DNA of 28,792 nucleotides. Source: a virus (lineage: Duplodnaviria > Heunggongvirae > Uroviricota > Caudoviricetes). The notes beneath the pieces were generated by a model. It ran no database searches and was not told the origin of the DNA. It saw only the letters and a list, made by a program, of their open reading frames with translations. The position numbers and the translations under genes were made by a program. Below, in pieces: positions 23,416-28,792 of this stretch. The DNA lies in the IMG/VR virus record IMGVR_UViG_3300020046_004077, one strand, 5' to 3'. Numbering within the stretch: position 1 is the first letter of the stretch; the number at the start of each line of letters is the position of its first letter.

Positions 23416-26400
23416 TTAGATGCCTGTTACTCCTAATCCTACTAAAATATTCCGCTCAAGCGTATAAATCGCATCTTCGTCTATTGTATTCACCCCGTAT
23501 ACTGGGAAGGCTACAGTAGCATCAAGGAAGTTAACAGCAGTTCCATCAACGTTGGCCGCACACTCATATACAAACCCATTTGCCAATGCCTGAACAGCAG
23601 ATGTTGCCGTGAATTCGGTTGAGTTTCTTTGAGCTGTTCTTGACGTTCCAGATCTCCAAGAAGCAAGGAATGCCCTCATGTCTGTTACTCCTGTTGCCGA
23701 CAAGCCTGTAGTCGCTGCAAGTATCAATGGTGCTGTATCACCAGCGATCCTTGGCTGAAGACGAATGAAGATGTTTGTCGATATTTGCAAACCTATCGCA
23801 TTCTTAACACCAGCCGTTGCGTTTTCTATAACGTAAGCACTTACAAACGAACTTGAAGCAGTCCACCTGCTGTGAATAGATGGATTGAATTGCCAGTTTA
23901 CATAGCCTGATGCAGCAGATTTCCAACCGCGATACGAAGTAAAGGCAGGCGATCCGGATGATGTAGCATCAAACGTTGGACGCGCAAAGTTAAGTAATGA
24001 TGCCTGAGAATCGTGTGCTGATCTGAATGGAAGATAATCAACAACTTCACCAAGGCAATGCTCACCTAAAGGTAATCCGTGAGCGTTTTTCCAACCAACA
24101 ACCCAATCGTTGTACATAGTCAAATCAGATCCTGATGGAGCAACACTCATGCGAGCCACAGTGGTCTCAACCTCTGGCTCATACGTTGTTTCTGTCCCGA
24201 ATGTTCCAAGTGTAATACCGTACTGTGCGGCCCATGTTTTTTCGAGTTTAGTACGTTGATCGTAGCTTATTAAACTACCCTTGTAACGCCACTCCTTCAT
24301 GTCGATAGGGGTGTACTCATTTGTTGTTCCAGAAGTCCTCGCACCAATTAATACGTTGTTCAGGTTTGTGTTCAGATAGTTGAACCACCTTACAAGCGAT
24401 TTTGGCGCATCATCGCTGAATGACTTGTTAGACTCAACACCGTTGATATAAAACCTTAAATGCTTTCCATTCGATGTAACAGAAATAATTGCGTACTCAT
24501 CTCCTATGATACGAGTATAAGCGTCAACTTCATCAATCGCCCCGGCTGTAGTCCTGTGTTCGTACTTAACCGATCCCCCAACCTTTGTTTTGATGCTCAT
24601 GTATTGATCAACGTCAGACGGGTGGCCGCCAGAAATAAGGTGTGATGTGCCAATCTTTTTAATCACGGCCATGAGAGAAAACGCTGTGTCTGGCCTGAAG
24701 TCAGCTGGATTAGGTAATGCCAATACGCAACTTCCGTAGGATTTTATAGCGCCACTCTGCTTATAGCAAGCAGCGTTCGATGGAACTATATGCTTACCGT
24801 TTCCAGTGATGTCTGTAATTTGAGTGATCGACCCACTCGACTCCACAACATCGTCAACACTGTATCCCTGTCTCCATCCAATATCGGCCAGCTCGGCAGC
24901 CCGGTTTGCGTATGGCGTAGCATCAAATGTTCTTTCTGTTGCCGTGATAGTCCCGAATGAACATTCAAGACACCAGTTAGTGCCGGTGCGCTGATAAAGT
25001 GAATCATAAACCGCCTTGCAAGACCAGATCACAAAGTTTTCATTGTCCGGAAACTCGTTGATATTCTCCGGCAACTTCGACTTGTGAACGTCAACGTTCG
25101 TAATGCCAGGAGTTAAGTCCTTCACAAACGTGAACGTAGGCGGATTTCCTATTGATGCAGTTCTAAAATCTGACGACTCAAAAAGGTATAGTCTGCGGTA
25201 TGTGTCTGGCAAAATCACCCGAACACATACATAAAGTTTTTCATTCCGAACAAATACGAACTGGTTTGTAACCCCGTCAACCACACCGGCAGTTCTTACA
25301 GACCACCCTGAGAATGTTCCAGAACCTTCCTGTAGCCCCGTACTATCCCCACTCATTACTCCGGTAACCGGGTCATAACTTGTCAGGTTCATTACGATAC
25401 GGTTACTTCCTTTAACAAGTTGAACACGCTTACCTCCAACGTTTATAAGCTCAGTGAGACGATCAACGCCTGTTTCCACCGTTACTGTTACCGTTGTTGG
25501 GTTTGATGTTGGAATAGTGGCCGAATCAGGAGTGGACGTAATCTCGTATGGGTTATCCTTATCTGTGTACGAACTGATTGGATATCCGGCAAAAAGTCCA
25601 CCTGAATTAATGAGTATCTTTTCCCACGCTGTACCGTTGTGCTTGATGTAGTACAGTTCATTGTGGTAGTCTTCCATGTACATGATGTGAGGCGTACCAT
25701 CGGCCTCCACGTACTCGCAGTGATCACCGAGGTTGTATATTGAACTTTCTTCCCCGGCTACTTTATACCCATTATCTCTCGCTGTGGTGATTGTGAACGT
25801 ACCCGCTCCTGCTGTGAAACTATGTGTGTTGAGCCTGTTTCTGAATGTAACGAAATCCTCCGTGTACATTTCAAAAAGTTCATAGTTTGCCTCTGAGCTT
25901 GAGTCGGTGAAGAAAATCCAGAACTTTCCGTTTTCATCCGGGCCGAGATTGCCAAAAGGTTTAAATCCGTAAACCCTGTGTCCGGCAGCACCCTTTAAAA
26001 CAATGTCAACAACCTCATCGTATGTAGTGCCGTTCCATTTAAGCATGGCAAGCGTGGACACGTCACCCGGAGCCACCTGCTTCTGAATTATCCAAATGTG
26101 AGTGTTTGTACCCGGAGTGATTGATGTGGTACGGTAGGGCATTCCCCTGGCCGTGTCTGGATCGGCTTGCGTGAATATCTTTTGAAAGTCGTTTAGGTCA
26201 GAATTTGAACGCCAGATGTGGTTGTCCTGCGCATGCATGTTCTCCTGCATGGTGTACATGATACCATCTTCGTCAACGTATGGCTTCTGACGGCTTACGT
26301 GGTAATCTGGCTCACCTCCTCTTTCGGTATCATCAATGATTGCATCGTAAAAGCCCTGTTCCGGATGGTAGTAATACATACCACCCATACCCTGGTATTT

Positions 26401-26613
26401 AGGACTGTATGGCTTGCAATAACCTGAGTTGTATTGGCGGCCAGTTACAGCGTCATAAAAAACGTTAGCCTCCAGGTTGTTACACTGTACGCGATCCTGA
26501 ATTTCCCAGTCAGGCATAGTATGCTCTGTAACTGAGCTGGCAAATGTAAGGTTATTCAGAACAGACTCTCCTGAGGCTGCTGCAGTATGTAATATGTTAT
26601 GAAAAAAACTCAT
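23416..26613 (-). CDS. Multidomain receptor-binding / tailspike-like protein: beta-propeller (BNR-like) plus LamG/ConA-like domains, 1065 aa
   Basis: Propeller-like blades (YVDEDGIMY, YVEADGTPHIMY, YYIKHNGTAW) occupy residues ~40-555. A LamG-like block (FSLMAVIK...SVTSNGKHLRFYING...VLIGAR) spans ~575-800. A C-terminal domain of a type common in phage structural proteins starts at ~812. It follows the fibre gene. Confidence 0.6.
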   Translation of the reverse strand: MSFFHNILHTAAASGESVLNNLTFASSVTEHTMPDWEIQDRVQCNNLEANVFYDAVTGRQYNSGYCKPYSPKYQGMGGMYYYHPEQGFYDAIIDDTERGGEPDYHVSRQKPYVDEDGIMYTMQENMHAQDNHIWRSNSDLNDFQKIFTQADPDTARGMPYRTTSITPGTNTHIWIIQKQVAPGDVSTLAMLKWNGTTYDEVVDIVLKGAAGHRVYGFKPFGNLGPDENGKFWIFFTDSSSEANYELFEMYTEDFVTFRNRLNTHSFTAGAGTFTITTARDNGYKVAGEESSIYNLGDHCEYVEADGTPHIMYMEDYHNELYYIKHNGTAWEKILINSGGLFAGYPISSYTDKDNPYEITSTPDSATIPTSNPTTVTVTVETGVDRLTELINVGGKRVQLVKGSNRIVMNLTSYDPVTGVMSGDSTGLQEGSGTFSGWSVRTAGVVDGVTNQFVFVRNEKLYVCVRVILPDTYRRLYLFESSDFRTASIGNPPTFTFVKDLTPGITNVDVHKSKLPENINEFPDNENFVIWSCKAVYDSLYQRTGTNWCLECSFGTITATERTFDATPYANRAAELADIGWRQGYSVDDVVESSGSITQITDITGNGKHIVPSNAACYKQSGAIKSYGSCVLALPNPADFRPDTAFSLMAVIKKIGTSHLISGGHPSDVDQYMSIKTKVGGSVKYEHRTTAGAIDEVDAYTRIIGDEYAIISVTSNGKHLRFYINGVESNKSFSDDAPKSLVRWFNYLNTNLNNVLIGARTSGTTNEYTPIDMKEWRYKGSLISYDQRTKLEKTWAAQYGITLGTFGTETTYEPEVETTVARMSVAPSGSDLTMYNDWVVGWKNAHGLPLGEHCLGEVVDYLPFRSAHDSQASLLNFARPTFDATSSGSPAFTSYRGWKSAASGYVNWQFNPSIHSRWTASSSFVSAYVIENATAGVKNAIGLQISTNIFIRLQPRIAGDTAPLILAATTGLSATGVTDMRAFLASWRSGTSRTAQRNSTEFTATSAVQALANGFVYECAANVDGTAVNFLDATVAFPVYGVNTIDEDAIYTLERNILVGLGVTGI

Positions 26614-26614
26614 T

Positions 26615-28792
26615 TTAGTATTTTAGTACTGTTGCTCTAAATGTGCCTGATGTAGGGTCTGCTGACGAAACAGTGTCCATGTTCAGTAATCTTACTGTTA
26701 CAGTATCACTTGATGAAACAAATGCGAAGAATGTACAATTACTTGGTACTGATCCGCTAGGAACTCCTAGACTTACAACGTCTCCTGATGTTGCTCCTGT
26801 TACTGTTATTGTTAAATCAGAACTTGAACTAGCTGCTGTTGATGGGAAATCCAAGGTAGCTGTAGCTGTTAGAGTTTTAGCTAAGGTGTATCTCGTACTT
26901 GAGCTAGTTACAAAGTAATTTGTACCATCAAACTCCACAGCTCCAGCTTCAGGAGTTGTTAAGTTTGTTCCTGCAGTAAATTTTAGTGGTGCAGTACTTG
27001 CTGTTGCTGTACCTGCTCCTAAATGCAGTTTAGCTGTTGGGTCTACTGCAGTATTTGTACCTGCTCCTATGTATACGTTACCATTTGTATTCCGTATACG
27101 AAGATGTAAGTTGGTTAAGGAAGGGGCAGACCCTGTAGTTCCAAAAGCTAGGTCCCAATAACTTAATTGATTTGTTGCTGTGCTTTGAGTTGCTCTTGCT
27201 GTCCAGTAGTTAACTTGAGCAGCCGATCCTGTCCATTCATTAACAGCCCAGTTAAAGTTACGGGAGCTTTGCTGAGTCGCTGTGCTTGTAACTGTAGTTG
27301 GAACTTGAAATACAGTTGCTCCTATTGAGTTAGATGCTTGTATGCCAAACCACGAGTTACCAGCAATCTGCATAAGAACGTTACCACTTGCTGATGTAGC
27401 ATTTAATTGCAAAGAAGCTGATGCGGCAGACAGTTGAGGACCAGCAACACCAGTTGTAATATTTAGTGTGGTTGATCCAGCCATACTGACGTTAGTGTCA
27501 GTTACTTGAAATCTAACGTTTGTGCCATCAAAGCAACGGATGTACGAATGAATAACTCCTGATGCAGAATTGTCGTTAAACGTTGGCTGAATTAGTAATC
27601 CAGTTAGTACTGAGGTATTCGAGCCAGACCCACAAGTGATAGATGGGTTTATGATTAATGCTCCCACAACATCACCAGACGCTGCTGTTCTACCGGTCAC
27701 AGTCGGGCTAAATGACATGTGATACTGGTTATTAGCAGTGGCTGTCCAAGTACCGTTAAATATGTGTTGAGAGTTTGCGTTTGAAGTTATAGTAGCAGCT
27801 CCTGTAAGCGTACTTGTTCCAGTTAATTTCCAGTTAAGTCCGTTGTTACCATCCAGCTTTTGTATTGCTTGTAGAATAGTATCTGTTGCAGCAACAGTTC
27901 CTGCTCCTGAAGAATAACCAGTTAATACTTTACCTATTACCGCAGAGTTAGTTAAAGTTACACTTATACTTGATCCCCCAGTACCCGTTGCTTCTCCAGT
28001 TAGTGTTGTTGAGGGGGTATAAAACTCCAGAGCAGTAGCTCCAGAATTTACTCTTATACTTTGCAGGCTTGTTCCTAAAGAGCTTAATCCTGTTCCTCCG
28101 TTTCCTACAGCTAATACACTTGAACCTACAGCATCTGCCTGGCTTAAGTCAATAGAACCGAATCCTATAGAGGTACCATTTCTTCTTAAGATTTGGTAGT
28201 TAGTTCCTGCTGAAATGTCTGCTACGTTAGCAGTTGAGTTAGAAGCATTACCAACTACAGATAAAGCTGCAGATTGTCTAAATAAAGAGTTGGTTATACT
28301 ATTAGTAATTAAACTAACTACTGAAGCGTCATTACCAGAGTCGTCAACTGCTTGTAAAGCTCCTGTAAAATTCAGGTTAGTTCTTTGTGTTAAAGGAGTA
28401 CCTGAGTTTTGTATAGTATGGCCTCCTGAACCACCTCCGCCCCCACTTGGAGCTGCCCATTGAGGAGTACCGGAAGTTATGGTAAGTACGTATCCTTCTG
28501 TTCCTGCGGCTAGTTGAGTTGGTATGTTGCTGGCATTACCTATGAATATTGCATTCTGAGCTAACGAATTACTCAACTTGTTGTTGAGTTGTGTTTGTAT
28601 ACTCGATGTTACACCGTTTACATAACCAAGTTCAGCTTGTGTTAATCCAGCTGACTGTAAGCCAGTGAGTAAGTTCACATCACTTGCACTAGCAGTAACA
28701 TCAGTTACTTTATCTAAAGTAAGAGTAGACCACTGTACGTTGTAATTAGTTCCGTCTACTTTATTTAAGTATTGTCCTGCTGTTCCTCCTGA
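26615..28792 (-). CDS. Tail fibre protein, 5'-truncated by the window edge (>=725 aa)
   Basis: The frame stays open upstream of the track's GTG (28678) to base 28792 and reads SGGTAGQYLNKVDGTNYNVQWSTLTLDKVTDVTASASD. Fibre modules include ELGYVNGVTSSIQTQL, GTEGYVLTITSGTPQW, SGGGGGSGG, LAVGNGGTG, ATDTILQAIQKL and PTAKLHLGAGT. Confidence 0.8.
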   Translation of the reverse strand, partial: SGGTAGQYLNKVDGTNYNVQWSTLTLDKVTDVTASASDVNLLTGLQSAGLTQAELGYVNGVTSSIQTQLNNKLSNSLAQNAIFIGNASNIPTQLAAGTEGYVLTITSGTPQWAAPSGGGGGSGGHTIQNSGTPLTQRTNLNFTGALQAVDDSGNDASVVSLITNSITNSLFRQSAALSVVGNASNSTANVADISAGTNYQILRRNGTSIGFGSIDLSQADAVGSSVLAVGNGGTGLSSLGTSLQSIRVNSGATALEFYTPSTTLTGEATGTGGSSISVTLTNSAVIGKVLTGYSSGAGTVAATDTILQAIQKLDGNNGLNWKLTGTSTLTGAATITSNANSQHIFNGTWTATANNQYHMSFSPTVTGRTAASGDVVGALIINPSITCGSGSNTSVLTGLLIQPTFNDNSASGVIHSYIRCFDGTNVRFQVTDTNVSMAGSTTLNITTGVAGPQLSAASASLQLNATSASGNVLMQIAGNSWFGIQASNSIGATVFQVPTTVTSTATQQSSRNFNWAVNEWTGSAAQVNYWTARATQSTATNQLSYWDLAFGTTGSAPSLTNLHLRIRNTNGNVYIGAGTNTAVDPTAKLHLGAGTATASTAPLKFTAGTNLTTPEAGAVEFDGTNYFVTSSSTRYTLAKTLTATATLDFPSTAASSSSDLTITVTGATSGDVVSLGVPSGSVPSNCTFFAFVSSSDTVTVRLLNMDTVSSADPTSGTFRATVLKY

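Larger units (their letters stand above)
1..28792 (-). mobile_element. Segment of a crAss-like (Crassvirales-type) phage genome: tail, lysis, cargo and virion RNA polymerase module
   Basis: All long ORFs are on the minus strand with short overlaps or 1-2 nt gaps, apart from two short intergenic regions. The order ring - IHF-like - ring - muzzle - cargo - cargo - giant DFDxD-type RNAP matches crAss-like phages. No bacterial housekeeping genes or integrase are seen, so prophage versus free phage cannot be decided. Confidence 0.88.

Noticed and set aside
26602-26608. 7-nt homopolymer at codons 2-4 of the receptor-binding gene as a phase-variation or frameshift site
   Set aside because: It is too short to be unusual in AT-rich DNA, and I identified no meaningful alternative-frame product.
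28676-28678. Track start (GTG) for the 687-aa fibre
   Set aside because: The frame continues without a stop to the window edge with typical fibre sequence, so the true start is outside the window.
1-28792. CRISPR arrays, tRNA/rRNA genes, IS elements, DGR or invertase cassettes
   Set aside because: I saw no regularly spaced repeats, RNA-gene signatures, transposase, reverse transcriptase or recombinase ORFs. Almost the whole window is protein-coding.

Overview
The window is a continuous, tightly packed minus-strand virion/lysis module of a crAss-like (Crassvirales-type) phage, most likely infecting a Bacteroidota host and using the standard genetic code. Genes are listed in transcription order, right to left. 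The tail-appendage block comprises a mosaic tail fibre cut by the right edge, a 1065-aa propeller/LamG-type receptor-binding protein that looks compositionally foreign, an 80-aa protein and a 516-aa structural protein. The tail/lysis block comprises a tail ring protein, an IHF/HU-like protein, a GH19 endolysin, a second ring (tail tubular) protein, a holin, two spanin-like proteins and a 1266-aa muzzle/tail-stabilisation protein. Two ejection (cargo) proteins follow. Last is a giant ORF of at least 3593 codons (10781 to the left edge) that the ORF track misses because it has no stop in the window. It carries the two-barrel virion RNA polymerase motifs (YRIPT...GLDFDVDK) between two HExxH zincin domains. 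The best leads are (1) a promoter-overlapping hairpin that buries the start codon of a cargo gene, (2) a two-protease vRNAP polyprotein next to a cargo protein with five repeated x-x-G-G-x-L motifs, and (3) a cysteine-free spanin-like pair. All family assignments come from motif recall, hand translation and synteny; no database search was run.
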